Assembly: GCA_958009085.1 (NCBI GenBank)
Contig: OY253683.1
Span: forward strand, 434,001 to 498,000
Length of the DNA stretch: 64,000 bases
DNA from: Protoeuglena noctilucae
Lineage: Eukaryota
Reading direction: 5' to 3'
Positions within the stretch are counted from its first letter, which is position 1; each line of letters begins with the position of its first letter. Below are positions 37,367 to 48,700 of the stretch, in pieces. The translations under genes and the position numbers were made by a program. The notes under the pieces are model-generated. The model made no database searches. It saw only the letters and a list, made by a program, of their open reading frames with translations, and was not told the DNA's origin.

Positions 37367-40300
37367 TCAGCCGGCCACGCCACCTCCGGCGGTGTCAGCG
37401 CTCACCGGCCCGCGCAGCGCCAGTGGGCCGTCCCAGCCCTCGCCATCCCTCCGAGCCCCCGCCTGCCGCCGCTCCTCTGACGTCGCCCCAACGGCGCCTT
37501 GAGAGCTCCCCATGGCTACCACCACACCCCCGGTCCTGACGGAGCCCCGCGGGCCCACGTCGGGGCCCAGGACCGTGTTCAGCACGTCGTCCAGCAGCCC
37601 GCCCACCCCGTCCAGAGGGCCCCATCCTGCGCCCTCTCCCGCTCCCAGAGACCCGGCCCCCGCCCGGCCATCGCCCGAAGCATCTCTCTGCGCTGCGGAG
37701 CGCCCCAACGCCGGGCTGCCCGCGGGCAGGTCCCACGCTCCGTCGCTGTGGCGGTGCGCACCCCCCGCACGCCAGGCCTCGAGCCCAGTCCGCACCCGCC
37801 CTTGGCCTAACGCAGCCCGGGGCAGAGATCCACACACGAAGAAACCCCCTGCCTCCCCGCTCTGCGCGTCGTCGCCGCCCAGCTCGGGCGTCACCACCGA
37901 GTTGCGCATCGTCCATTCTGACGCCGCCTTGTGGTGGCCCAGCCACCGTCCGCTCCCAGACACGTCGCCACCCGCCCCTGCCGCATCGCCCCTGACCTCC
38001 ACTGGGCACGGGAACCCACGCCGCGGCGCAGCGTGGTTGCTCGCCTCGGTCCCTGTCACGCCACCATGCACCATCCACCCCTCCACGTCGCCGCTCGCAC
38101 CGCCCATGGCGCTCCCTGGACCCCAGGGGCCACCCACACCTGCACCCACGCCCACGGCCGTGCCCCCCACCAGCGCCGCGAGGCTCTGGATCTCCTCCGC
38201 CGCCCCGTCCATATCGCCCAGCCCTCCCAAGGCCCGCATCGCTTCCCCGACCTCAACGTCCCAGCCCTCGCCGCCCGCCTCCCACCCCGTCACTTGCCGC
38301 CCTCCCCCGCCCGCCTCCCCGCCCGCCCCTGCGTCGCCGGCCGACATGTCCACAGAGACGGGGTCGATGGCGTTCTGGATGCTGCTGAACAGCAGGAAGA
38401 TGTCGTGTAAGTCGGCGCCCGCCAGCTCGTCGTCTGCCGCGCCCAGGTCCCGTAGCCACGACCGCGCCCCCGCCTCGTCAAAAGCCCCCTGCGCACCCGC
38501 CGCCATGCGCAGAAGCACCGCATCCTCCTGGGCCACGCCGACCAGGGCGCGGAGCAGCGCGGTGCGGCGACGGGCCAGGGCCTGTGAGAACGCCGCCGCA
38601 GCCGCACGCGCTGACGCAGCCGACACACCGCCGCGCCCAGCGGGGGCGCCCAGCGCCGGGTCTGCCTCCGCGGCGGGCCCCGCTCGGCCGGGCATCGCGG
38701 GTGGCTGCGGGTTGCCGGTCCAGCAGGGCGCTCTGGCGTCCATCCAAGCGCCATGGTCCAAGGAAGCAGCGCCCGGCGGCATCCCCGGCGGGGGAGGGAC
38801 GACGTGCGGGGTCCGCGCGGGCAGCGGCCGGAGGGGCGGGGCGCAGGGGGCCCCGGTGACGCCCGGTGGGGCGCAGCCAAACGCGGGCGGGTACTCGTGG
38901 CACACGGAATGCATCATCATGTCGAAGCTGCCTGGCACGCGGATGGCCCCGGTCGCGGGGGCCGTGGGGTGCCGGGCGGGCGGCGCGGGCGGGCGGTCGG
39001 CGGGTACGGCGGCGCCCATGGCGCGTCGCTGGCTGGGCGGGATGCCGGCTGGGCGCGGCGGCTGCGGGCGCAGAGCAGGCCAGGGATTGGTCAGTTCTGC
39101 ATCTTCGCCCATGCCTGGCTTGCACGCTAGTCCCACAACCCGACTGCAAGGCGGGCTTGGGTGCGTGGCGGGAGCTTGGCTTACCTGTGGCATGCGGGTG
39201 GGGTCGCGCAGAGCAACGGGGCCTTGCCAGGCGGGCCGCGAGGGCCCGGGGGGCGCCTCCGGGGGCACCGCGAGGCTCGGGACGGGGGCGGAGAGGAACT
39301 CAGAGGAGAGGAACGGGGCGGCGCCCGAGGGAGGCGAGACGGTGGCGGACGTAGCACCCGAGTCCGCGGGGGTGCCGGCACCCCCTGCAAAGGACCAGGC
39401 GAGCCGTGCGTGGGCAGCCGTGGCTGGAACGAGCTAAGCGAAACAACCGACGCAGCGAGCGACGCAGTGACTGCTGCAATGAGAGGAGAGACGGCGTGCG
39501 AGGACGCAACCAGCCAGGCGCCTCACCGCTAGAGCCCTGCCCGCGGGCGCGAGCCCTGCGCCCCCCGCGCTTGCGCCGCCGCCGCCGCCGCGCCACGCCA
39601 CTGTCGACCTCGGAGCCATCGGCGCCCGTGCCCCCGCTCGCCTCCGGGCCCAGGGCCGGGCTATGGTCTCCGCTGTCGCTCCCTTGGCTAGACAGGGAGG
39701 CGTGGGAGGCCTCGCGGGCCAGCGGGCTGCCGTGCGCAGAAGGCCCCGACGACGACGGCTCGTCCGGCCGGGGGTTGCACGCGGAGCGGGGCGGGGGCGC
39801 GGGCGGGACGAGCGGGATGCGGCGGCGGCTGGGCGGCGTGTCGGGCGGCGGCGGCGGAGGCACCGGCGACGGCGCGAGCCTCGCGGGTCCCACCGGCCCG
39901 CCGTCGAGCTCCGGCGGGCGCGTGCCGTCGCTCGCGCGCCGGGGCTGCTGGAGAACCGTTGGTGGCCGCGGGGGCGACCGAGCGGAGGCAGGAGATCCCC
40001 GGGAGGCGCCTTGCAGAGGTGCGGGCGCCGGGACCTGGCGCGAGGGGTCATGCGCAGCCGCTAAGCCGTCCAGGAAGGCGCGGAACTCCCGGACGAGGTT
40101 CTGCGCGCCAAGAGCGGGATCTGTCTCAGTGACGGGCCCGCCCCGCGCCCGAGCATCTGCCCGCCTCCACTGAAGCCTTCTCTGACCTGGTACTTGTAGT
40201 TATGCTGTAGATCCTTCTTCCACAGCGGCATGCGGCACACGGGGCAGCGGGACTCCGCGATGCCCGGTCCCTCGAGCGTGCCAATCACGCAAGCACTGCG

Positions 40301-40978
40301 GGTGCGCGGGGGCGGTCGATGCGTAGTCAGGCGGGGCGGAAATCGAAAGATAGAAGGAGAAAGTCAAGAAGATCACCGCGGCGCACAAGTGCGAGATCGG
40401 CACGCCGTCCTCGCTGCGCGCCGAGTGTGCAGTGCGCCCTCGTTGCGCGGGCCGAGGTGCGCGGGCCGCGGGGTATGCGTGCGGCCCGAGCCGGGCAAGA
40501 GGAGCGACATAGCATGGAGGTGTCGCAGGGTCAAACGCCCGGCGAGGCGGCCGCTGCCGGCGGGGGCGGCAGAGGGCCTGTGCTGGGCACAGCGGGCAGC
40601 CCCAGGCACAGCCATCGCCACTCGGGGATCGGGCAAGGCGCAGCTAGACCGTACGCACTCACTAGCAGAAGGAGTGCCCGCATCCCGGCGCCGTGTGCGG
40701 GTCGTCGAACAGTCCATGGCACTGCGGGGCGTACGATGGGACAGGGGTCGATGGGACGCCTGGCGCCGACACAAAAAACGGGAATGCGCGGGTCTGGAGC
40801 GTCCTATCATGCACGTGAAGCGCGCGACGGAACACAGACCGGCAACGCGGCCCCGCTGCGGCGGCATTGGGCCCCCCGAGGAACAGGGTCATACCAGGGG
40901 ACAGGAGAGCTCCTGGCGCAGGTGGGACACGAGCGTGTCCGAACCACCCTCGACTGCCTCTCCGGAAGCGGCCGTCAT
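37367..40978 (-). CDS. C3HC4 RING-finger protein (BARD1/BRCA1-like RING) with long low-complexity C-terminus
   Basis: Spliced exons give LRQELSCPL|CHGLFDDPHTAPGCGHSFCY|ACVIGTLEG...SRCPVCRMPLWKKDLQHNYKYQ|NLVREF. The 3' end is uncertain. Confidence 0.7.
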
Positions 40979-41317
40979 CGCTACTGCGCGGACATTGGCC
41001 GGAGCGGGCGGCACTCTACGGCCAGCTAGCACGCGAGCGGAGAGCACAGATGCACATCTGGATACGTGATCAGCCAGCCGTCTACTAATGATCTTCGAGG
41101 CACAGGATAATTGGCCACGAGAGTCCTCGACGGCTCCGTTCGAGCGACTGCCCTGAGTCAGGAGCCCTGTGAGACGGCCCGCTCGCTCGGTTTAGGAAAG
41201 AGTGACCCGAGGAGCGCGTATCGAGATCACTTCGAGCGCTGGGGTGCGCGTCGTCGGCCGCGGACCCCGAGATTTCAAGTACAGATCTTTTTTGCGCTGG
41301 GTCCACCGGAATCGGCC

Positions 41318-41944
41318 ATGTTTGGAGGTCCGCTTCCAAGTGAGTGTTGGAAAGGGAGTGACGCAAAGTAGGGAGGCGGCTCGCGGCGTCGAAAGGGCCG
41401 GAAATCCGCATACTGCTTAGGGCAGCGCCCCTCGCCACGCCCCGGCGTCCTTCGTCGCATCGCTGGCCGGCAGCTGCTGGGAGTGTCGACACCTCTGCCC
41501 GCTGTATTCGTGTGGTGATCGTGGCGCTGCCTCCGGGCTCTCCCCCGTCGCAGGGCGCGACAAGGTGCTGCTCGGCGTCAACACGGCCTTCTTCGTCGGC
41601 TGTGCGGCGTTCGTGCTCCTCGGGGGCTCTCAGTACGTCGTTGACGTGGAGCCTACCTACAGGAAGGCGAGTATGCGTGGCGAAGGCGCGCCGAGTGCGA
41701 GAGGTCGCGTCCTGCGTGTCCTCCTACCCAAACGTGTCTTCTCTCGCCGCGTGCGCAGCTGACGGAGTGGCAGGGCCGTCTCCGGGAGGCTATCCAATCC
41801 CAGCAGCCGCGGCGCGAATCTCTGGCGGCGTCCATCGAGTACTGGTCGCCCACGGTGGCACGGACCGTGCGGGGCCGTGACACGAGGGCGCCAGGGGACG
41901 CGCCCAGGCCCGGTCAACCCCAGCGCGGTCCCGGGGACGCATAG
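41318..41944 (+). CDS. Small single-pass membrane protein, about 106 aa, unknown family
   Basis: Exons 41318-41339, 41554-41666 and 41759-41944 join in frame: MFGGPLPRRDKVLLGVNTAFFVGCAAFVLLGGSQYVVDVEPTYRKLTEWQGRLREAIQSQQPRRESLAASIEYWSP...GDA*. Confidence 0.65.
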
Positions 41945-41965
41945 AGTGTCCTAGATCCAATCGCC

Positions 41966-44900
41966 ATGGGCAACGAGCTGAGTGTCGGCGGGGCGCCGGA
42001 GGGAGGCCTGCGCCAACGGGAGGTGGACCGCGTCAGGTGATTCCCGGCGGGGGCGGGGCGGGCTTGATGGCGCGCATTGGAATCTACGCAAAAACGATGA
42101 CGCTGCGCGCCGCGGGGGGTCCCGGGCCCGCCGAGGGCGATCGTGCGCGCGTGCCACGCAGGCGGCGTTTTGCGCGCTTGGCGGGGGATGGCCGGGACGT
42201 GGCGGTCCAGGATTTGGCGACGGAAGTGAACGGTGGGCCCCTAACGGAGCGCCTGCTGGCTATCTTTGACCGGGATGGCGACGGCTTCATCAGCGAGACC
42301 GAGTGCTTGGACGCTCTGAAGGCAAGCGACCTCCCCAGGCAGCTACCCTACCCTACCAAGGAAGGAATGACTGAATGCACCGGCTCGGTTCTCATCGCGT
42401 TTTGCGGTTCTGTCGCAGGCATTGACGGACATGCGGAGCGAGGAGCAGCGTGCGTGGCTGCTGTTCCGTGTCTATGACCGCGACGGGGACGACTTGGTGG
42501 GGTGGGAGGATCTGCTGACCATCGTCCGCGCGATGCTTGGGGAGGGCGGAGATCAGGCGCAGGTCCACGACGTGGGACGCACCCTGCTGGGTGAGGCTGA
42601 GACGCATGCGTGCACCCGCAATCACACCCGTGCCTTTGGCTCACCAACCCCTGCCCCCTCGCGTGCAGAGGAGTTCGACCTGGACCGCGACCACGCGCTG
42701 AACTTTGCCGAGTTCTCCGCGATGCTCGGCAAGTGCCACGCCCTCCACGTCGCGGGGGTGCCGGTGTCGGCTGGATCGAGTCCCCAGCGTGCCACGCCCA
42801 CGCCGCCGTCGCCACAGCGGCCGGCCAGCCGGCCCGCACCGTCCGCGAGCGAGTCCATCCGCTCTGCGCGGCCCCAGGCGCCGGCCCAGCCCCCGCCGGC
42901 CCAGCCTGGGCAGCCTCAGCACCGGCCGGCGGCACCCCGGGATGCGGTGGCCAGCACGCGCACCCCGGGCGGGGCGCGGCCGGACGGGAGCGGCGCGGGG
43001 GCGGAGCGGGGGCGCACGCGGGCGGAAGGAGCGCGCGCAAGGCCGGATGGGTCGGTGGCGAAGGCGGATGGGTCGGTGGCGAAGGCGGATGGGGCGCCAC
43101 TGCCGGGGGATGGGGCTCGTCCGCGGGGCGATGGGCCAGGCGCAGGGCCTGACGGGGCGCGAGCACGAGCGGACAGAGCTGGAGTGCGTGCGGAAGAGTC
43201 GCGGTCGCAGCCTCGCAGCCAGCCCTCAGCCGCACCTGCCTCGCAGCCCTCGCGCGACGCCGCGACCGCAGCTGTCCCGGCCCCGGCCAGAGCTCCGTCG
43301 GCTGCAGACGGGACGGTGGACCCCATCCCTTCTGATGAGCGACCTAGGGGCAGGGGTGGCTCGGGCGCAGTTGCAAAGGCGGACGCCGAGGCTGGGAGGC
43401 GCAAGCCGAGGGCGGACGGCGCTTCGCAATCGAATGTGGATGGTGGTTTTCAGTCGAGGGCCGATGGTGGTTCTTCTCAATCGAGGGCTGATGGTGCTCC
43501 TCGTCGCGGCCAACCCATGGCTGGCGAAGAGGCGCAGCGCAGTGCCACCGCGAGCGCTCAAGCGGGAGTCGACGGTGTGGGCCCAAGCAGTCGGGACCCC
43601 GTTCGCCACCAGGCTCCTGCAGAGACCCGAGATGCGGGCCATGGGGGCTCAAGGGCCAAGCGGGGTGGGGAGGGCGTCGCGGGCGACACGCGGGGGCACG
43701 TGGTGGATGGGGCAGGCGTAGGGCCGGAGGCTGGGACTGCTGGCAAGGGAGAGCGGGCAAGGTGGCCGGCTCAGGATGAGGGCGGCGATGGCGTGCCTGG
43801 CACTCGTGCGAGAGGCGATGGGCAAGCCCCACCGGGTACCCTAGGGGCGCCGAGGGAAGGCAGCGTGGCTGTTTACGAGTCTCAGCCTCATGCGGAGCCT
43901 GGTCCGGCGACGCAAGGGGAGGGGCGCGCTCAAGCAGATGCGCTCGCAGCTGCGGGCGCGGCATCGGATGGGCCTCCGCTGGGGAGCTCCGATGGCCGGG
44001 CTGGTCAGGAGCACGTCGTGGCAGTGGAGAGGGGTCCCAGCGGCAGCGCGGAGGCCGGGGCTGGCGGCGGGACTGGGAGCGAGGGCAGGCTGGAGCACGA
44101 CGGCGCGGTGGCTGCCGCGGGGGACAGCGCTGCAGTACCGGCAGCGGCGTCGGTGGCGAACGGTGTGAGCCGCGGCGGGAGCCTGGGCTCGTCCAAGGGA
44201 ATGGGCGAGGCTTCTGGGCGCGAGGACGAGGACGGTGACCCGCAGAGAGGTGGGAGGCTGAGAGTGTCTGGTGGGGAGCACGCGGCTGGTGTGGACGGGG
44301 CAGCGCGTGGGCGTCCGGCGACGGCAGAGGCCGAGCGCAGTCCAGGCCTGGCCACGGGCGCGGGTCCGAAGGCCTCGGGCGGGGTGCGGACTGGGAAGGC
44401 TAGCCCTGGGCTGGCCAAGGCGTCGACTCCTGTCAAGGGAGAGGGTACGGCGAGGCGCGCGCCTGGGACCGCGGGCAGCGGGGGCGTTGAGGCCAAGGCC
44501 AGGCCTGCTCAGGAGGGCACCCGCCTGGCGCGGACGCCGTCTGCAGGCACCGATCGCCGGGGCACGGCCCTTGACGAGGGCAGGAAAGGAGCCGGGAAGG
44601 AGACTCCGCAAGTCGCCAAGAGCGCGTCTAAGGGGAGCGGCTCTCAGGGGAGTTCATCGTTGGAGAAAAGCGCGGCTCAGAGACGGTCTGGGGTCACGGC
44701 GAGAGGTATGGGCAAGGACGTTCCCGCCCCACCGGAGACGCCGGGTACGCCCGGGCGGACGTCGGTGTTCAAGGCGCCACGCACTGCGAGCGGACGGGAG
44801 GTGGCCGGGCCTAGCCCGATTGGTGCAGGGCCCAGCCCAGCGGCTGCAGGGCCTAGCTCTGTTGTCCCAGGGCAGGGCGACAGGGCCCGTTTGACGGGGC

Positions 44901-45436
44901 AGGGCTCGCGTGCCGCACACGTGCCGAATGGCCTGGGGGAGTCTGCGCGGTTGGAGGTGGGCGCGAGCACTGCTCGGTCCGTGTCGGGAGCCCTGGAGGC
45001 GCTGGCGATGAGCGGGCCGGAGCTGTGGGGCGAGTCGCCGCCAAAGACCACGGCAAGCAGCAGTCTGGGTGCCAGCGACCTGGCAGACGGCGTCGGCCGG
45101 GGCGACGCAGCGGCAGACGTGGGGCGTGCGTCCTTGCCGGCCACGCTAGTCACGGGCGCTGCCGGGTCTTCTGCCGCCCCTGCTGCAGCGGACGAGTCGA
45201 ATTTGAGCAAGGGAGGACCCCATGCAGACCCTGTGCCAGTGCCTGGGTCTCCATCACCGTCGTCGGGGCGTGGCAGCAGCGACATCATGCTGCCAGCTTC
45301 AGATGACGAGGACGACGGCGCGGGGTCGGCGTGGGCTCCGGGTGCGCAGCTGGGCGGGGGTGGGACAGGGGCCCTTCCGGCGGCGGAGGCCAGCTTGGCG
45401 TCGCTGCGGGTTCAGTCGCGGCGGGAGGGGCGCTGA
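41966..45436 (+). CDS. Calcineurin-B/CHP-like EF-hand protein with about 900-aa disordered C-terminal extension
   Basis: MGNELS (N-myristoylation-like), PLTERLLAIFDRDGDGFISETE, LLFRVYDRDGDDLVGWEDL and EFDLDRDHALNFAEF, then an open G/A/S/R/P-rich frame to TGA 45436. Confidence 0.75.
43047..43092 (+). repeat. 21-nt tandem duplication in coding sequence
   Basis: gatgggtcggtggcgaaggcg occurs twice (DGSVAKA x2). Confidence 0.75.
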
Positions 45437-45744
45437 AACCCGAGTCTTCTTTCGGGGCCTTCTCCTTGCGCCAGCAGTTCGAGGGGCGGCAATGAAGACT
45501 GCGGGGCTGGTAGTCGCGTTGCAAGCGTGGGGGCAGCTGCCATAGCTGTGGTGGGTGTGGTCGCGTCTTGGCGCAGCCGCTTGTGTCTCGTAGGCACGCG
45601 CAGTCGCATTTCAAGAGTGCGTGTTTCAACCATGTGAATGCCACGTCTCGGGCACTCATAAGCAACAGACCAGCTCTTGCCACCTGCAAAGCCAGCCAAT
45701 GTCCTTCCCCCACTCTGACGCACATATTGGCTCATGCACCCACC

Positions 45745-48700
45745 TCACGCAGCCTCGAGGGACTTAGAGACGATCTCAAAGACGTCGTCGCAGAGCCCCG
45801 GGGTCGCCGCGATGCGCTCGAGCTCGGCGCGCATGAGTGCCTGGCGCTTCGAGTCGTACTTCCGCCAGCGGACGAAGGGGTTGAGGACGCGGGCGGCGAC
45901 CTGGGCGTTGATGCCATTGAGCTGGATGACGCGGTCGGCCAGCCAGCGGTAGCCGGATCCGTCCTCGTTGTGGAAGTTGACGGGGCTGCTGGCGAAGGCG
46001 CCCAGGAGGGAGTAGCAGCAGTTGGGGTTCTTGATGGAGAAGCTCGGGTGGGCGAGGAGGGCGTCGACGGCCTTGAGGTTCCCGGGGACGTTGGAGGACG
46101 CGCAGAGGGACAGCCACTTGAGCATCACAAGGCTCTCCTCGCGCCACTTGTCGGCGAACTCCCCCAGCGCCTGCTCCCGCTGCAGGCCGGGGCTGTCGTT
46201 GAGCGCCGCGATGGCCGCCATCGCGTCCGTCATGTTGGTCGCCGCCCGGAAGCGCGCGTGGCAGTCGTCCAGGACCTTCGGGTCCCCCAGCTTGGCCAGG
46301 TACGCCAGGCACACGTTCTTGATCTTGCGCTTGCCCATCTCAGCCGCGTTAAAGGCGTACGGCGCGCCGGGCTCAGCGTCGAACCCCCGCAGCACCCTCT
46401 CCAGGTCGGGGCGCAGGCGCTGGGCCAGCAGCTTGCCTACCCAGCTGCGCACCGTGTGGACGGCGATCGGGTCCGCATCTGGGATCGCGTCCACCAGCTC
46501 GTTGGGCGCCGGGAGGACCAGGGCGTCGGCCCTGCGAGCGAGCGTGCAAGGGCGGGTATATGAGGGGCCGGCGGGGGCGGGCGGTGGCGGAGCGGGCGCC
46601 TGGGGCCGCATGGAGAGTCTAGACGAGCGACTGCCGCGGGTGGCGCATGCGGTGGTGCGGCTTGGCGGGTGGGTCGTCACCGGAAGGCCGGGTCGAGGTT
46701 GCTGGCGGTGAGGGTCGCGCGGAATGCCTCCACCATGGCATCTGACACGGCCCCTGCCTGGGCCATGGCGTCTTCAGGGGCCATGTCACGATGGGTCGTC
46801 ACGGCCTCGTACAGCGCCAGCAGGGCCTTCTTCGTCAGCCTGTGGGGATGCCCGACGAGCGGCGTTCGTGGCGTGGTTGCAACACAACCTAGCAGCATTG
46901 CATATGCTAGGCATATTGCACGCCCGTGGGGATTGTATCCGTCATCACGCCCTCCCGCGCGTCTGCAGACGTTTGATTTCCACGCCCGCCCCCTCACCTC
47001 TGCCCCGCCTCCCATCGGTTGAACTCATCCGAGTCGTGTCCCATCATGTGGAGCAGGTCCGCGTCGGTCTGCCCTTCGACCGTGAGCTTGACGGGCGCAG
47101 AGAACCCACGGAGCAGGGAGGGCACGGGGCGCTCAGGGACGTTAACGAACGTGAAGGTCTTCTCCGCCCCGTCCAGCAAAAGCACCGTGGTGGTCCCCGC
47201 GGGGGCCGAGGCACCCTCGAGGGTCAGAGGCAGGTCGTGGCCGTCCTTGCCGAGCAGACCCACGGCAATGGGGATGGGCACGGGCTCCTGAGAGGGGCGA
47301 GAGGGAAAGAGAGGTGCAATGAGCGTAAAGCGGTGTAGGAGAGGGACGGGTGGAAAGGACGGAGCAGGGGTGGGCGATCGGCTGTGTGCGAGTGAAGCGC
47401 GGCAAGGGACGCGAGAGCTACGGAGATAGGAAGAGCCTTGGCTAGCGTGGGCTGTCAGCACGAAAGCATCTTCTCGCCTTGGTGGGCTGGCCGGGCGTCG
47501 GGGGCGTGCTCTGCTTGCAGTGGAGCTTGAAGGTCTTGGTCGACTCGTTGTACTCGCACGACACCTCAAGGTTCGGGGTGCCGCCCTGCAGGTACCACCG
47601 CTCCATGTGGGACAGGTCCACGTTGTTGGCGGCGGCCATGGCGTTGCGGAAGTCGTCGCACGTGACCGCCTGGCCATCGTGGCGCCTGCGTGGAGGGGAG
47701 GCGTGGTGGGGAGGTGGGTGGGCCTCTAAGTGAACTTGGGTCTCTTGCATGCATCGGCGAGCCTGAATGACGGGGACCTTGGCAAGCAGCGGCAGCTCAG
47801 TGCGCACCACAGCTAGTCGGGCAGAGAAGTGTGCGACGCGAGATGGGCGCTCGTGGGCAGTAACCTCCTCAGCGAGCACGTGGCACATATACAGGGCACG
47901 CACCTGAAGTACTCGTCCATGCCACGGCGGAAGCCGTCCACCCCCAGGAGCGTCTGGTACAGCCGGACGACCTCAGCACCCTTCTCGTACACCGTGACCG
48001 TGTAGAAGTTGTTCCTGGGCGACAGAGGGAGAGTCGGGGTAAGTGTGCTTTTGGTACAAAAGCGTCGCTTGACGCCGGTGGGATTCGATGCCCCGACCCG
48101 GACCCGGCCGTGCGCCCTCACATCTGGATGTACGACTCGGGCTGGATCGGGTGCGCCATGGGCCCGGCGTCCTCCGCGAACTGCCTCATGCGGAGCGTGG
48201 CGACGTCCTCGATGCGCTTGACGGGGCGCGAGTTGAGGTCCGCGCTGAACTCCTGGTCCCGGAACACCGTGAGCCCCTCCTTGAGGGTGAGCTGGAACCA
48301 GTCGCGGCACGTGACGCGGTTGCCCGTCCAGTTGTGGAAGTACTCGTGGCCGATGACGCCCTCGATGCGGTAAAAGTCGAAGTCGGTTGCCGTCTCGGGG
48401 CTGGCCAGGACCAGGCGCGAGTTGAAGACGTTCAGCGACTTGTTCTCCATCGCGCCCATGTTAAAGTCGTCCACTGCGGGGATGCGATGGCCGGGAACGC
48501 GTGCCATGATTGGGACTCAGCACGGCGGAGGAGGCGAGGGTGAGCAGCCCACGCGAACAGCCCACGCGAGCAGCCCACGCGAGCAGCCCAGCACCACCCC
48601 GCACCTGCCACGATGTTGAAGATGTCGAGGTCGTACTCGAGGCCGAACCGGTCCTCGTCCCACTTCATGGCCTTCTTGAGCGACTCCATGGCGTGGCCGC

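Noticed and set aside
37512..39437. 641-aa plus-strand ORF
   Set aside because: It is antisense to the RING gene's long exon and has no recognisable motifs.
37367..40978. Calling the RING gene BRCA1/BARD1
   Set aside because: The RING resembles that group, but I saw no BRCT, ankyrin or PHD domain.
48542..48592. Short repeat array as a CRISPR or mobile element
   Set aside because: It consists of head-to-tail 13-mers without spacers inside an intron, so it is an ordinary minisatellite.
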